Shown piece after piece: positions 18,265-30,212 of a stretch of DNA of 57,419 nt. Every line of letters begins with the position of its first letter. The stretch's first letter is position 1. This stretch comes from an uncultured Bacteroidota bacterium. GTDB taxonomy: Bacteria > Bacteroidota > Bacteroidia > Flavobacteriales > UBA7312. The stretch lies in NCBI GenBank assembly GCA_902580855.1, contig CACHMF010000004.1, positions 1 to 57,419 of the forward strand. The letters are read 5' to 3'. Position numbers and translations under genes: made by a program. The notes below the pieces were generated by a model. That model saw only the letters and a list, made by a program, of their open reading frames with translations. It was not told where the DNA came from and did no database searches.

Positions 18265-19707
18265 TTAAAAGGACGCATTTTGCGGAGTACGCGGAAAGGC
18301 AATCACATCTCGCACATTCTTCATCCCTGTTACAAACATGATGAGTCGTTCGAAGCCTAATCCAAATCCGCTGTGTGGACAAGTTCCAAATTTTCGTGTT
18401 TCCAAATACCACCACAGTTCCTCTTGACACACATCCATCTCATCCATTCTAGTTTGCAGTTTATCTAAGCGTTCCTCTCTTTGTGAGCCTCCTACAATTT
18501 CACCAATTCCAGGGAACAGAATGTCCATAGCGCGAACCGTTTCTCCATCTTCATTCATACGCATGTAAAAGGCCTTAATCCCTTTTGGATAATCGGTTAA
18601 GATTACAGGTTTTTTGAATTTTTTCTCAACTAAATAACGCTCGTGTTCCGATTGCAAATCTGCTCCGAATCCTTCAATAAGGTATTGGAACTTCTTTTTT
18701 TTGTTTGGTTTAGAGTTGCGTAAAATATTGATTGCTTCGGTGTATGTTAATCGTTCAAAGTCATTCTCTACAACAAATTTCAATCGCTCAATCAGCCCCA
18801 TTTCCGACTTCTGTTCTTTCGGTAAGTTTTTCTCTTCATCTGTTAATCTCCTATCTAAAAAGGCTAAATCTTCCGGACAAGTGTCTAAAACATATTGAAT
18901 ACAATATTTTAAGAAGTCTTCTGCCAAATCCATATTATCGTTCAAGTCAGCAAAAGCAACCTCTGGTTCAATCATCCAAAACTCTGCTAAATGGCGAGAA
19001 GTGTTGGAGTTTTCAGCACGGAAAGTAGGTCCGAAAGTGTATACTTCTCCAAACGCCATAGCCCCTAATTCAGCCTCTAATTGCCCAGATACAGTTAGGT
19101 TAGTTTTCTTTCCAAAGAAGTCTTGTGTTTCATCTACCTTTCCATCTTTTCGTTTTGGAGGGTTATCCAAATCAAGACTTGTTACTTGAAACATTTCGCC
19201 CGCCCCTTCTGCATCTGCACCGGTAATAATAGGGGTGTGCATATATACAAACCCTTTGTTGTTGAAGAATTGATGAATAGCAAAAGCAAGTGCGTGGCGC
19301 ACTCTAAAAACAGCACTAAAAGTATTGGTTCTAAAACGAAGATGTGCTTTTTCGCGCAAAAACTCTAAACTATGTTTTTTAGGTTGAAGCGGGTATTCGT
19401 CAGGATCAGCAGCACCTAAAACATCAATGTTTTCGGCAGTAATTTCTACCTTTTGGCCACTTCCTTGAGACTCTACTAAGGTCCCGTCTACAGATATACA
19501 TGCGCCTGTAGTGATTTGCTTAAATAGTTCTTCCTCAAAATTTTCTGCTTCGGCAACTACTTGGATGCTGTTGATGGTTGAGCCATCGTTCAGCGCAATA
19601 AATGATACATGCTTACTTCCTCTACGGGTACGAACCCATCCTTTCACATTGATTGATTGACCCACCTTGTCGGCCTGTAAAAGCGTACTAATTTTTGTGC
19701 GTTTCAT
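18265..19707 (-). CDS. asnS: asparagine--tRNA ligase
   Basis: 'LTVSGQL', '[21 protein letters not shown]', 'GFGLGFERL'. Start reassigned to MKRTKI (19707), downstream of a -7 element at 19728-19735. Confidence 0.97.
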   Translation of the reverse strand: MKRTKISTLLQADKVGQSINVKGWVRTRRGSKHVSFIALNDGSTINSIQVVAEAENFEEELFKQITTGACISVDGTLVESQGSGQKVEITAENIDVLGAADPDEYPLQPKKHSLEFLREKAHLRFRTNTFSAVFRVRHALAFAIHQFFNNKGFVYMHTPIITGADAEGAGEMFQVTSLDLDNPPKRKDGKVDETQDFFGKKTNLTVSGQLEAELGAMAFGEVYTFGPTFRAENSNTSRHLAEFWMIEPEVAFADLNDNMDLAEDFLKYCIQYVLDTCPEDLAFLDRRLTDEEKNLPKEQKSEMGLIERLKFVVENDFERLTYTEAINILRNSKPNKKKKFQYLIEGFGADLQSEHERYLVEKKFKKPVILTDYPKGIKAFYMRMNEDGETVRAMDILFPGIGEIVGGSQREERLDKLQTRMDEMDVCQEELWWYLETRKFGTCPHSGFGLGFERLIMFVTGMKNVRDVIAFPRTPQNASF

Positions 19708-19727
19708 CCTTAAATTTTCAATTGTGG

Positions 19728-19735
19728 CAAAGATA
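19728..19735 (-). promoter_or_regulatory. -7 element TATCTTTG for the asnS-rpoN unit
   Basis: Plus strand reads caaagata; exact TAnnTTTG on the minus strand. Confidence 0.6.
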
Positions 19736-19770
19736 TAAAACAAAATGGTTTCTCTAGGAAATTTAATTGC

Positions 19771-19801
19771 AGGAAACATTAAGGACTTCAAAACGTTTCT
19801 T
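19771..19801. promoter_or_regulatory. imperfect inverted repeat, candidate TetR operator
   Basis: aggaaacatt-N11-aacgtttctt (8/10 match), just upstream of the tetR -7 element TATTTTTG (19816-19823). Confidence 0.35.
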
Positions 19802-19830
19802 CCGTGTAAAAAGTATATTTTTGCAGTCCA

Positions 19831-20436
19831 ATGAGCAAGAAAGAAAAAATAGTAAATGGTGCATTAGAACTCTATATGCGTATGGGTGTAAAGAGTGTAA
19901 ATATGGACAAAGTGGCAACCAACTTAGGTATTTCTAAAAAGACTTTGTATGTGTATTTTGATAATAAACAAGATTTAGTTAATCATTGTTTTCAGAAGCA
20001 TTACGATTTAGTTTCTGAAATGATAAATACTACAGCAGCTCAATTTGAAAATGCGATTGATGAGCTTTTTGCTATCGATGAGAGTTGTTCTTTAGTTATG
20101 AAACAAACCAACCCTTATTTGTTGGGGGAGTTAAAGCGATATTATCCTAATACTTGGGCTTTAATTGAGCAATTAAAACAAAAGGTTCTGTTCAATATTA
20201 TGAAGAAGAACCTCAATAAAGGAGTTGAACAAGGGATTTACAGAAAGGAAATAGATGTGGATATTATTGCCAAGCTCATGATTAATAGAATAGACGCTTT
20301 GATCAATGAAGAAGTTTTTCCATTGACGCACTACGATTTTAGAAAATTACTGACGGAAATTAGAATTTATCACCTTAGAGGAGTAGCAACTCTAAAAGGC
20401 ATCAACTATTTAGAACAAAAAATCAATGAAGAATAA
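19831..20436 (+). CDS. TetR/AcrR family transcriptional regulator
   Basis: N-terminal HTH '[22 protein letters not shown]'. Confidence 0.93.
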   Translation: MSKKEKIVNGALELYMRMGVKSVNMDKVATNLGISKKTLYVYFDNKQDLVNHCFQKHYDLVSEMINTTAAQFENAIDELFAIDESCSLVMKQTNPYLLGELKRYYPNTWALIEQLKQKVLFNIMKKNLNKGVEQGIYRKEIDVDIIAKLMINRIDALINEEVFPLTHYDFRKLLTEIRIYHLRGVATLKGINYLEQKINEE

Positions 20437-21748
20437 TTTATTATTAATCTATATTCTAATAGCGTTTACTTCTTCTGCTCAACAACGCCTATCTGTTACA
20501 GAAGCACAAGAATTAGGGTTACAAAATAATGTCAATGTTAAAAACGCAAAGCTAGAAGTTTCCCTTGCAAGGAAAAAAGTATTGGAAACTATTGGCATTG
20601 GTTTACCCAAGATAAATGCCGAAGTGAATTGGCAACAGTTTTTAGAGATTCCAACCACGGTTGTTCCTGCTAATATGTTTGTGCCAACAGCACAAGAGGG
20701 CGAATATGCTGAATTGCAGTTTGGCACAGAGCATAACTCTACGACATCTATGACAGCATCACAACTTTTGTTTGATGGTAGTTATATAATTGGACTTAAA
20801 GCTACTGCTATTTATAAGAGCCTATCACAACAATCTTTGCAATTGACTGAACAGCAAATACAAGATAGTATTGCAGCAGCATACTACAATGTCTTGGTGG
20901 CAGAAGAAAGAAAAGACTTCTTGAAGCTTATTGCTGAAATACATCAGGGTATTTTGTATGAGGTACAAGCTCGCTATGACCTGGGGATGGTCGAGGATTT
21001 AGATGTGAATAGAATGGCACTCACACTTTCTAATATGGAGATTCAATCTGAAAATATGCAGAGAATGACTGAAGTCGCTTATTTATATTTGAAGTTAATA
21101 TTAGGGATTCCTCTTGAAGAAGAATTAGTGCTTACTGACAGCTTACCTAGTTTATTAAGTCAAAACCAAACACTAAAAATACGAGAACCAAATATTGAAA
21201 ATCGCTTAGAGTTTCAATTGGCTGAAACACAGAGAAAATTATCCAAGTTAGATTTAAGACGTTACCAATCACAATTTTTGCCGAGTATATCTGCATTTGG
21301 CACATACAGTCAAAATGCCTTTCGTGATGACTTTACCTTCTTCGATGACGATTTACGTTGGTACCCCACAAAGGTAGTAGGCGTGAAAGCAACAATGAGC
21401 TTATTTGATGGGTTTTCTCGTATAGCTAAAGTACAACAAGCTAAAATTGAGCTCGAAAAAGCTAAAAATAATCAATCTCAAGTTTTAGAATCTTTGAGCC
21501 TGGCTCATAAAGTAGCGTTGTCAAATTACCTTACAGCCTATCATACTCAAAAACAAAAATCTGAAAGTTTGGAACTGAGTAAAAAAATCTATTTAAAAAC
21601 TATGGCTAAATATAAAGAGGGTTTAGTCAGTAGTATGGAACTATCCCAGTCGGGGGCTGATTACAGTCAGGCTCAAGCCGATCACGCCCAAGCCATATAT
21701 AACTTACTTATTGCAAAAACTAATTATAATCGTTCAGTCGGAAACTAA
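20426..21748 (+). CDS. TolC family outer-membrane efflux protein
   Basis: Signal peptide, two OEP repeats ('GLPKINA', 'QLLFDG', 'FLPSISA', 'SLFDGF'), located between TetR and the MFP. Confidence 0.9.
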   Translation: MKNNLLLIYILIAFTSSAQQRLSVTEAQELGLQNNVNVKNAKLEVSLARKKVLETIGIGLPKINAEVNWQQFLEIPTTVVPANMFVPTAQEGEYAELQFGTEHNSTTSMTASQLLFDGSYIIGLKATAIYKSLSQQSLQLTEQQIQDSIAAAYYNVLVAEERKDFLKLIAEIHQGILYEVQARYDLGMVEDLDVNRMALTLSNMEIQSENMQRMTEVAYLYLKLILGIPLEEELVLTDSLPSLLSQNQTLKIREPNIENRLEFQLAETQRKLSKLDLRRYQSQFLPSISAFGTYSQNAFRDDFTFFDDDLRWYPTKVVGVKATMSLFDGFSRIAKVQQAKIELEKAKNNQSQVLESLSLAHKVALSNYLTAYHTQKQKSESLELSKKIYLKTMAKYKEGLVSSMELSQSGADYSQAQADHAQAIYNLLIAKTNYNRSVGN

Positions 21749-22863
21749 TGAAAACATTAAAATTATTATCAGTATTATCACTTTCCATCCTTGTTGGTTG
21801 TGGCGAAGAGGTCAATGAATTAAGTCAAAAAAAAGAAACCCTAAAAGAGCTTAAGCAACAAATGGGTAATTTAAAATCTCAAATTTCTACTTTAGAAAAA
21901 GAGATAGCTCTTTCCGACACCCTTGCTGAAGGGGGGGTGGTTGTACAAACACAAGTTGTTGAAGGAACTAGCTTTACCCATTATATCAGTCAGCCAGGTA
22001 TTGTCAGTTCCAAGGAGAATATTTTGGTTAGTATTGAGATGGGTGGCATTGTCGTTAATCGTTTGGTAGAAGAAGGGCGTTGGGTCAATAAAGGGGATGC
22101 TATAATACAGCTCGATGCGAGTATTTTATTAAATCAAGTGGAAGATTTAAGACAATCTAAGGACTTAGCCAAAACCACTTACGAGCGTCAAGATAATTTA
22201 TGGAAACAAGGCATTGGTTCAGAAATGCAATACTTACAAGCCAAAAACCAGTACGTTTCATTACAAAAAAAGCTAGCCGCTATGGAAGCTCAGCTTGATA
22301 AGTTGGAGTTGATAGCACCTATTAGTGGACGATTGGACGAAATTTATATCAATGTGGGTGAGTTTGCTGCTCCAGCAATGCCAGCCTTTCGTATCGTCAA
22401 TTCAAAGAAGTTACAAGTCGAAGTAGATGTAGCAGAACGCTATTCGGCAATTATTAAAAAAGGAGACATGGTCAATCTTTCATTTGATGCGTTAGGTATA
22501 AATCGTCAAGAGAAAGTATCTTTTGTAGGGCAGGTTATAAACCCACAAAACAGAACATTCAAAGTAAAGATAAACCTTAATAACATCTCAGGCGACATTA
22601 AGCCTAATGCGGTGGCTTCTGTAAAGTTACAAGACTTTAGTCAAGAGGGCGCTATGGTTTTGCCATCGGCGTGTATCAAAAAAGATATGCGTGGTTCTTT
22701 TGTTTTTGTGGCGGACAATAATAAAGCGATTAAAAAATATGTAGAGACAGGTCTTTCTCAAGACGATATGACACACATTTCCTCAGGCTTAGATTTAGGT
22801 CAAGAAGTAATTGTGATTGGTTATGATGGTGTAGCTAATGGAAGTAAAATAGATATCAAATAA
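21748..22863 (+). CDS. RND efflux periplasmic adaptor (membrane fusion lipoprotein)
   Basis: Lipobox 'LVGC', 'VEEGRWVNKGD', 'IAPISG', 'INPQNRTFKV'. Confidence 0.92.
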   Translation: MKTLKLLSVLSLSILVGCGEEVNELSQKKETLKELKQQMGNLKSQISTLEKEIALSDTLAEGGVVVQTQVVEGTSFTHYISQPGIVSSKENILVSIEMGGIVVNRLVEEGRWVNKGDAIIQLDASILLNQVEDLRQSKDLAKTTYERQDNLWKQGIGSEMQYLQAKNQYVSLQKKLAAMEAQLDKLELIAPISGRLDEIYINVGEFAAPAMPAFRIVNSKKLQVEVDVAERYSAIIKKGDMVNLSFDALGINRQEKVSFVGQVINPQNRTFKVKINLNNISGDIKPNAVASVKLQDFSQEGAMVLPSACIKKDMRGSFVFVADNNKAIKKYVETGLSQDDMTHISSGLDLGQEVIVIGYDGVANGSKIDIK

Positions 22864-22871
22864 TTAAGTCG

Positions 22872-25800
22872 ATGAGCGAAAGATATTTTAAAATTACTAA
22901 CCTATCGCTGAGAAACAAAACCACTGTTTTTATTCTCACTGCACTTTTGACACTGTTTGGGATATTTTCATATAAATCTATGCCTAAGTCCTTGTATCCA
23001 GATATCGTTATGCCAACGATAATGGTGCAAACCGTATATCCTGGTAATTCGCCTGCCGATATAGAAAACCTCATAACTCGACCATTAGAGAAAGAGATTA
23101 AGTCGGTCAAAGGGCTAAAAAAATTAACCTCTAACTCTGTACAAGATAATTCTTCAGTTATTGTAGAATTTAATACCGATATAGAATTAAAAGTCGCCTT
23201 ACAAGATGTTAAAGATGCAGTTGATAAAGCCAAAAGTGATTTGCCATCTGACCTAGAAATGGATCCGATGGTTTTGGATATTGACTTCTCGGAGTTCCCT
23301 ATTTTAAACATTAATCTTTCAGGAGATTTTAGTCTTGATGAGTTAAAAATTCATGCTGAATATTTACAAGACGAGATAGAGGCTTTTTCTGAAATATCTA
23401 AAGTTGAAATAACAGGGCTATTAGGAAAAGAAATAAAAGTTGAAGTAGACTTGCATCGTATGGAAATGAGTCAAGTTAGCTTTAGAGATATAGAAGACGC
23501 TATTGCTTTTGAAAATACCTCTATTGCAGGTGGAGATGTGCTAATTGGAGATACTAGAAGAATGGTACGCACTTCAGCTGAATTTACTTCAGCCGAAGAA
23601 ATAGCCAATATCATTGTCAAACACGAGAAGGGTAATATTGTTTATCTGAAAGATATTGCTTTAGTAACTGATGGCTACGAGGAAAGAGAAAGTTATGCTA
23701 GACTAGATTCTCAGCCCGTTGTTTCCTTAAATGTTGTTAAAAAAAGTGGTGAAAACCTTCTAGAAGCTACGGATAAAATCATCTCCCTACTAGCAACTGC
23801 CAAACAATTAAATAGATTACCTGGAAATTTAAATATTTCCATTACAAACGATCAGTCTGAACAAACAAGAAACCAGCTTAGCAACCTAGAAAATAGTATC
23901 ATTTTTGGTGTAATTTTGGTAGTTTTAGTCCTTCTATTTTTCTTGGGCTTGCGCAACGCCTTATTTGTTGGTATGGCGATACCGCTATCTATGTTCATCA
24001 GTTTCGTGGTGTTAGGCGGCATGGGTACAACTATGAATATGGTGGTCTTATTTGCTCTTATTTTGGCTTTAGGAATGTTGGTAGATAACGCCATTGTGGT
24101 TATTGAAAATATCGACAGACTGTATAGGCAAGAAGGACTCACTAGATTGGAGGCTGCTAAACAAGGTGTTGGTGAAATAGCAGTCGCTATTATTTCTTCT
24201 ACTCTAACAACTCTAGCTGCTTTTTTTCCACTATTATTTTGGGAAGATTTAATGGGTGAGTTTATGGGTTATATCCCTATGACGTTAATAATAGTTTTAG
24301 GTTCATCTTTATTTGTGGCATTAGTCATAAATCCAGTCTTTGCATCTCAGTTTGTGAAAAAAAATGAGCGTATTGCACTAAATAAAAAGAAACTTAAAAT
24401 AACCTCCATTTATGCAGCTGTATTAGCTATAGTATCTCTTCTTACTGGATTCAGAATGTTAGGGTCTTTAGCCCTAGCTTTTGCTTTATTGAACTTATTA
24501 AATGGCTTGTACCTAACTCCTTTATCACATAATTTTCAAGATAAATTTTTAGTGCGATTAGAAAGACTATATTCTAAACTTTTAAATTGGGCTCTTGGTG
24601 GAAGACAACCATTAAAGTTATTGGCTGGAACATTTGGATTGTTGATTTTTTCAATTGGATTCTTTGCTTTAATGAAGCCTAATGTGGAATTTTTCCCTGT
24701 CAACGAGCCTAAGTATATTAATGTATTTTTAGAAATGCCTGAGGCGACAGATGTTGTGGCAACCGATTCTTTAGCTAGAATTGTTGAGGAAAAAGTCATT
24801 ACTATTTTGGAGCCTTGTAAGCATGTGGTATCTTCGGTACTGACTAATGTAGGAGCAGGTACTTCCGACCCTAATGAAATGGGTGGGGCTAATGGCATTA
24901 CTCCTAATAAGGCAAGAATAACAATAAATTTTGTAGAATTTAAATACAGAGATGGTGTTATTACGGGCGATGTGATGAAAGAACTTTCAGCCTCTTTAGC
25001 AGGTATTCCAGGCGTAGATATTAGCGTGGATAAAAATAGAGATGGCCCTCCTATGGGGCGCCCTATAAACATGGAAATTACTGGAGATAATTTCGATCAA
25101 TTGTTATTAATTTCTGAAGATATTCAACATCTTATAGAACAGGAAAATATTGCTGGTATAGAGGGTTTGAAAGTAGATTTAGAAATGAACAAAGCCGAAC
25201 TATTGGTAAATATTGATCGTGACATGGCTCGTCGAATGGGAATTTCTACCGCCCAAGTAGGTTCAACTATCCGTACTGCTTTATTTGGTAAAGAAGTGTC
25301 CAAATTTAAAGATGGAGAAGACGAGTATCCAATTAAAATAAGATTAGCAGACAAATACCGCTACGATGTATCTTCTCTAATGAACCAGCGCATCACTTTC
25401 AGGAGTCAATCGAATGGTAGGATTATGCAAATTCCTGTTTCTTCAGTTGCTGATTACACTTATAATAATACTTATGGTTCGGTTAACAGAAAGAACATGA
25501 AACGACAAGTCACACTTTATTCTAATGTGATTGAGGGATTTAACGAGAATGCAATCAACGATCAGTTAAAAAAACTATTAGCAGACTACCCTATGCCAGA
25601 GAGTTACGACTTGCAGTTTACTGGAAAACAACAAGAACAGCAGCAAACCCAAGATTTTTTATCCAAAGCTTTAATGATTGCCGTCGCTTTGATTACTTTA
25701 ATATTAGTGTCCCAATTTAATTCGGCTTTCAAGCCAGTTATTATAATTATGACGGTACTATTCAGCACAATAGGAGTATTCTTAGGCTTAGCCATTTTCA

Positions 25801-26282
25801 ATATGGATTTTGTCGTTATCATGACAGGGATAGGTATTGTTTCTTTGGCAGGTATTGTAGTAAACAATGCGATTGTATTGATAGATTATATTGATTTGTT
25901 AAAAAGTCGTAAAAGACAAGAACTAGGACTAGAAGAAGAAGCTAAACTAGATGCTAAATCGGCAGTAGAGTGCATTAAACAAGCTGGGCAAAAACGTTTA
26001 AGACCTGTATTATTAACAGCTATAACTACTGTGCTAGGTTTGTTGCCATTAGCTACGGGTATGAATATCAATTTTACAACTTTATTGACAGAATTTAACC
26101 CTCAAGTATTCTTTGGGGGCGATAATGCTATTTTCTGGGGACCAATGGCTTGGACGGTTATATTTGGGTTAACTTTCGCTACTTTTCTCACCTTGGTGAT
26201 TGTACCTGTGATGTATTTATTATCTGACAAAATTAAAGATAGACTTTTAGTGTTTTTTAAAAAAGGAAGTTTTTCCTCGTGA
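22872..26282 (+). CDS. RND efflux transporter permease (AcrB/AcrD/AcrF family)
   Basis: 1136 aa with 'GMLVDNAIVVIENI', 'GIVVNNAIVLID', 'RLRPVLLTAITT'. Confidence 0.95.
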   Translation: MSERYFKITNLSLRNKTTVFILTALLTLFGIFSYKSMPKSLYPDIVMPTIMVQTVYPGNSPADIENLITRPLEKEIKSVKGLKKLTSNSVQDNSSVIVEFNTDIELKVALQDVKDAVDKAKSDLPSDLEMDPMVLDIDFSEFPILNINLSGDFSLDELKIHAEYLQDEIEAFSEISKVEITGLLGKEIKVEVDLHRMEMSQVSFRDIEDAIAFENTSIAGGDVLIGDTRRMVRTSAEFTSAEEIANIIVKHEKGNIVYLKDIALVTDGYEERESYARLDSQPVVSLNVVKKSGENLLEATDKIISLLATAKQLNRLPGNLNISITNDQSEQTRNQLSNLENSIIFGVILVVLVLLFFLGLRNALFVGMAIPLSMFISFVVLGGMGTTMNMVVLFALILALGMLVDNAIVVIENIDRLYRQEGLTRLEAAKQGVGEIAVAIISSTLTTLAAFFPLLFWEDLMGEFMGYIPMTLIIVLGSSLFVALVINPVFASQFVKKNERIALNKKKLKITSIYAAVLAIVSLLTGFRMLGSLALAFALLNLLNGLYLTPLSHNFQDKFLVRLERLYSKLLNWALGGRQPLKLLAGTFGLLIFSIGFFALMKPNVEFFPVNEPKYINVFLEMPEATDVVATDSLARIVEEKVITILEPCKHVVSSVLTNVGAGTSDPNEMGGANGITPNKARITINFVEFKYRDGVITGDVMKELSASLAGIPGVDISVDKNRDGPPMGRPINMEITGDNFDQLLLISEDIQHLIEQENIAGIEGLKVDLEMNKAELLVNIDRDMARRMGISTAQVGSTIRTALFGKEVSKFKDGEDEYPIKIRLADKYRYDVSSLMNQRITFRSQSNGRIMQIPVSSVADYTYNNTYGSVNRKNMKRQVTLYSNVIEGFNENAINDQLKKLLADYPMPESYDLQFTGKQQEQQQTQDFLSKALMIAVALITLILVSQFNSAFKPVIIIMTVLFSTIGVFLGLAIFNMDFVVIMTGIGIVSLAGIVVNNAIVLIDYIDLLKSRKRQELGLEEEAKLDAKSAVECIKQAGQKRLRPVLLTAITTVLGLLPLATGMNINFTTLLTEFNPQVFFGGDNAIFWGPMAWTVIFGLTFATFLTLVIVPVMYLLSDKIKDRLLVFFKKGSFSS

Positions 26283-26334
26283 CTCCCTTGTGCAATGAAG
26301 TTTTGTATATTTGCATTTTGGTAATGTTATACAA

Positions 26335-28263
26335 TTGGTAAAAGCAAAAAACAAATTATTAGATAGAATTCAGCTTCCATCTGATCTAAGAAAGTTGAAA
26401 CAACAACAACTTCCACAGTTTTGCGAGGAACTGAGGCAATTTATTGTTGATGTAGTTTCTTCTAAAGGAGGGCATTTTGGCGCTAGCTTAGGTGTAGTCG
26501 AGATGACAGTTGCTTTACATTATGTCTTCAACACTCCTTATGATCAATTGGTTTGGGATGTTGGGCACCAAGCCTATGGACATAAAATTCTTACTGGGAG
26601 AAAAGACAACTTTCATACCAACAGACAATACAAAGGGGTAAGTGGCTTCCCAAAAAGAAGCGAAAGTGTATATGATACTTTTGGCGTAGGACATTCTTCT
26701 ACTTCTATTTCTGGAGCCTTAGGAATGGCTGTTGCTTCGCAGTACAATGGAGAAAAAGATAAGCAACACATTGCAGTTATCGGAGATGGCTCTATGACAG
26801 CTGGTATTGCATTTGAAGGATTGAACCATGCTGGTATTGAAAACTCAAATCTATTGGTTATACTAAATGACAATTGCATGTCTATTGACCCTGCAGTTGG
26901 CGCGCTTAAAGAATACCTTACAGATATTGCTACTTCTCATACTTACAACAAAGTAAAAGATGAAGTATGGAATTTGCTAGGAATGGTCAGTAAGTTTGGA
27001 CCAAATGCCCAAGCTATTGCATCTAAAGTTGAGAATGCAGTTAAGTCTGCTTTACTAAAGCAAAGCAATTATTTTGAGTCTTTAAACTTCCGTTATTTCG
27101 GGCCAGTAGATGGACATGATGTAGTTCATTTAGCTAAAGTTTTAGATGATTTAAAAGATATTCCAGGACCTAAAATTCTACATTGCATAACAAAAAAAGG
27201 AAAAGGATATCAACCAGCAGAGGAGGGTAGCGCAACTAAGTGGCACGCCCCAGGGTTATTCGATAAGAAAACAGGTCAAATCATTAAGAATTCTCCGAAA
27301 AGTCCACAAGCGCCCAAATATCAAGATGTATTTGGTAAAACAATTGTAGAGCTTGCGGAAAAGAATGAAAAAATTATGGGAATTACCCCAGCAATGCTGA
27401 CAGGTTCTTCATTAACATACATGATGGAACAAATGCCTGATAGAACTTTTGATGTCGGGATTGCAGAACAGCACGCTGTTACTTTTTCTGCAGGTTTAGC
27501 AACACAAGGATTATTACCTTTCTGTAACATTTATTCCACTTTTATGCAACGCGCTTACGATCAGGTTATCCACGATGTAGCATTACAAAATTTAAATGTA
27601 GTATTTTGTCTAGATAGAGGAGGTTTGGTTGGAGCAGATGGAGCAACGCATCATGGAGCTTATGATTTAGCCTATTTCCGTTGCATTCCAAACATGATTG
27701 TTTCAGCTCCGATGAACGAGCAAGAGTTGCGTAATTTGATGTATACAGCTCAGCTCAAAGAATGTGGTCCGTTTTCTATTCGCTACCCCAGAGGAAACGG
27801 AGTGATGTTAGACTGGGAAACACCATTTGAAGAAATTAATATTGGTGAAGGAAGACAAATATCCGAAGGAAATGAAGTAGCAATTTTATCGATAGGACAT
27901 CCAGGAAACTTTACTACAAAAGCCAGAGAAAATATGGAGCAAAATGGCTACAGTATTGCTCATTACGATATGCGTTTTGTAAAGCCTTTAGATGAAAAAT
28001 TATTACATCAAGTATTTAAAAAACATAACAAAGTCATTACGGTAGAGGATGGATGTCTGCAAGGAGGTTTTGGTAGTGCTATTTTAGAATTCATGGCTGA
28101 CTATAACTATCACGCAGAGGTAAAGAGGTTAGGTGTACCGGATGATTTTATTCACCATGGAACACAAGCAGAGTTGTGGCGCGAATGTAATTATGATTCA
28201 CAAGCCATTGAGGAAGCCATACAGCAATTAGTTGGCGTTAAAAAAGTAGCTACTACAGCATAA
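26335..28263 (+). CDS. dxs: 1-deoxy-D-xylulose-5-phosphate synthase
   Basis: 'GGHFGASLG', 'WDVGHQAY', 'GDGSMT...LNDN', 'DRGGLVGADGATH'. The track start (26311) overlaps a -7 element TATATTTG (26306-26313), so the in-frame TTG at 26335 is preferred; exact start uncertain. Confidence 0.95.
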   Translation: MVKAKNKLLDRIQLPSDLRKLKQQQLPQFCEELRQFIVDVVSSKGGHFGASLGVVEMTVALHYVFNTPYDQLVWDVGHQAYGHKILTGRKDNFHTNRQYKGVSGFPKRSESVYDTFGVGHSSTSISGALGMAVASQYNGEKDKQHIAVIGDGSMTAGIAFEGLNHAGIENSNLLVILNDNCMSIDPAVGALKEYLTDIATSHTYNKVKDEVWNLLGMVSKFGPNAQAIASKVENAVKSALLKQSNYFESLNFRYFGPVDGHDVVHLAKVLDDLKDIPGPKILHCITKKGKGYQPAEEGSATKWHAPGLFDKKTGQIIKNSPKSPQAPKYQDVFGKTIVELAEKNEKIMGITPAMLTGSSLTYMMEQMPDRTFDVGIAEQHAVTFSAGLATQGLLPFCNIYSTFMQRAYDQVIHDVALQNLNVVFCLDRGGLVGADGATHHGAYDLAYFRCIPNMIVSAPMNEQELRNLMYTAQLKECGPFSIRYPRGNGVMLDWETPFEEINIGEGRQISEGNEVAILSIGHPGNFTTKARENMEQNGYSIAHYDMRFVKPLDEKLLHQVFKKHNKVITVEDGCLQGGFGSAILEFMADYNYHAEVKRLGVPDDFIHHGTQAELWRECNYDSQAIEEAIQQLVGVKKVATTA

Positions 28264-28264
28264 C

Positions 28265-28306
28265 ATTAAAAAGAAAAGCTCGCTATAGCGAGCTTTTCTT
28301 TTTAAT
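28265..28306. terminator. bidirectional intrinsic terminator (perfect 42-bp palindrome) between dxs and accC
   Basis: attaaaaagaaaagctcgcta|tagcgagcttttctttttaat, with A and T tracts on both sides. Confidence 0.9.
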
Positions 28307-28316
28307 TGTATTTCGA

Positions 28317-29654
28317 TTATTTCAATTCGAAAGTATTCATAAACTTCGTGGTATAATTTCCATTTAGGAAGTCTTCATTCTTCATCAGTTGTTGATGGAA
28401 TGGGATAGTTGTTTTTATACCTTCAATTACGAACTCATCTAATGCTCTTTGCATTTTAGCAATTGCCTCTTCTCTAGTTTGTGCTACTGTAATCAGTTTA
28501 GCAATCATCGAATCGTAATTTGGAGGAATCATATAGTTTGCATATACATGCGTATCGATTCGGATTCCGTGACCACCAGGAGCATGGAAATTATTGATTA
28601 TTCCGGGAGATGGACGGAAATCGTTGTATGGATCTTCGGCATTGATACGACATTCAATAGCGTGTAATTGTGGGTAATAGTTCTTTCCTGAGATAGGAAT
28701 TCCTGCAGCTACTTTAATTTGCTCTTGGATTAAATCGTAATCAACAACTTCTTCTGTAATTGGATGCTCTACCTGAATGCGTGTATTCATTTCCATGAAG
28801 TAAAAGTTACGGTGTTTATCCACCAAAAACTCTACTGTTCCAGCCCCTTCATATTTTACTGCTTCGGCTGCTTTTACGGCTGCTTGCCCCATTGCTTCAC
28901 GGAGGCTATCTGTCATAAAGGGAGAAGGTGTTTCTTCTACCAATTTTTGATGTCTTCTTTGTACGGAACAATCTCTTTCAGAAAGATGACATGCTTTTCC
29001 CCTGCTATCTCCAATAATTTGGATTTCGATATGGCGAGGATCTTCAATGAATTTCTCCATGTACATTCCATCGTTTCCGAAGGCTGCAGCTGACTCCTGA
29101 CGAGCAGAATCCCAAGCCGCTTCTAAAGATTCTTCTTTCCAAACAAGACGCATTCCTCTACCACCCCCACCGGCAGTTGCTTTAAGCATAATAGGATAAC
29201 CGATTTCTTCTGCTAATTTTTTACAATGAGCAAAGTCATCAATTAAGCCGTCCGACCCAGGAATAGTTGGAACGCCTGCTTTTTTCATGGTGTCTTTAGC
29301 AGCAGCTTTATCGCCCATGCCTTCAATCATTTCTGGAGAAGCACCAATGAATTTAATACCGTTTTCTTCACAAATTTTTGAAAACTTAGCGTTTTCAGAA
29401 AGAAAACCATAACCAGGGTGAATAGCATCTGCATTAGTGATTTCTGCTGCGGCTATAATGTTTGGAATATTTAGATAAGATTCTGCACTAGCAGCAGGAC
29501 CTACACAAACAGCTTCATCAGCAAAACGAACATGCAAACTATCTGCATCGGCAGTAGAATATACTGCCACAGTTTTAATGTCCATTTCTTTACATGTTCT
29601 GATAACACGCAGCGCAATCTCACCTCTGTTGGCAATTAATATCTTTTTAAACAT
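28317..29654 (-). CDS. accC: acetyl-CoA carboxylase biotin carboxylase subunit
   Basis: '[13 protein letters not shown]', '[10 protein letters not shown]', '[10 protein letters not shown]'. Confidence 0.97.
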   Translation of the reverse strand: MFKKILIANRGEIALRVIRTCKEMDIKTVAVYSTADADSLHVRFADEAVCVGPAASAESYLNIPNIIAAAEITNADAIHPGYGFLSENAKFSKICEENGIKFIGASPEMIEGMGDKAAAKDTMKKAGVPTIPGSDGLIDDFAHCKKLAEEIGYPIMLKATAGGGGRGMRLVWKEESLEAAWDSARQESAAAFGNDGMYMEKFIEDPRHIEIQIIGDSRGKACHLSERDCSVQRRHQKLVEETPSPFMTDSLREAMGQAAVKAAEAVKYEGAGTVEFLVDKHRNFYFMEMNTRIQVEHPITEEVVDYDLIQEQIKVAAGIPISGKNYYPQLHAIECRINAEDPYNDFRPSPGIINNFHAPGGHGIRIDTHVYANYMIPPNYDSMIAKLITVAQTREEAIAKMQRALDEFVIEGIKTTIPFHQQLMKNEDFLNGNYTTKFMNTFELK

Positions 29655-29670
29655 TTTATTGCTGTATAAA

Positions 29671-30180
29671 TTATGATGGATCTACCAGGAACAATGCTTG
29701 ATCATACTCAACTGGAGAAGAATCATCTGCTAAAACTTTTACAATTTTGCCAGATATTTCTGATTCAATTTCGTTGAACAGCTTCATTGCTTCTACTACA
29801 CACAAAACATCACCTGGCTTGATTTCGTCACCAATATTAACAAAAGCATCTTTATCTGGTGATGGTTTGCGATAGAAAGTTCCAATCATTGGTGATTTTA
29901 CTGTGATATATTTAGAATTATCTTCTTCAACTTCAATTGCAGTTGGAGTATCTTCTGAAGTAGCAGTTGTTGCTGCTGCTGTTGTTACAGGAGCGGCTGC
30001 AACTAAAGGAGTTGCAACAGGTATATCTGAAACTAATGTTACAGGTGGCTCAATTACTTTACCAGCTTTCATCGCTGGTGATTTGATCGAAATTTTCATA
30101 TTATCGATTTCTAAATCTACTTCTGTCGCACCTGATTTGGCTACAAATTTGATTAATTCTTGAATGTCTTTAATGTCCAT
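29671..30180 (-). CDS. accB: acetyl-CoA carboxylase biotin carboxyl carrier protein
   Basis: 'SPMIGTFY', biotinylation motif 'EAMKL', Ala/Thr/Pro linker. A -7 element lies at 30201-30208 (minus). Confidence 0.97.
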   Translation of the reverse strand: MDIKDIQELIKFVAKSGATEVDLEIDNMKISIKSPAMKAGKVIEPPVTLVSDIPVATPLVAAAPVTTAAATTATSEDTPTAIEVEEDNSKYITVKSPMIGTFYRKPSPDKDAFVNIGDEIKPGDVLCVVEAMKLFNEIESEISGKIVKVLADDSSPVEYDQALFLVDPS

Positions 30181-30212
30181 ATTTAATGGTTTTATAAGTT
30201 CAAAGATATAAA

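Noticed and set aside
19831-26282. TetR-TolC-MFP-RND operon as a novel system
   Set aside because: This is a standard Bacteroidota efflux arrangement; the substrate cannot be inferred from sequence.
28265-28306. Perfect 42-bp palindrome as a possible MITE/REP element or recombination site
   Set aside because: I saw only one copy and no target duplication. Its position between convergent genes with A/T tails fully explains it as a bidirectional terminator.
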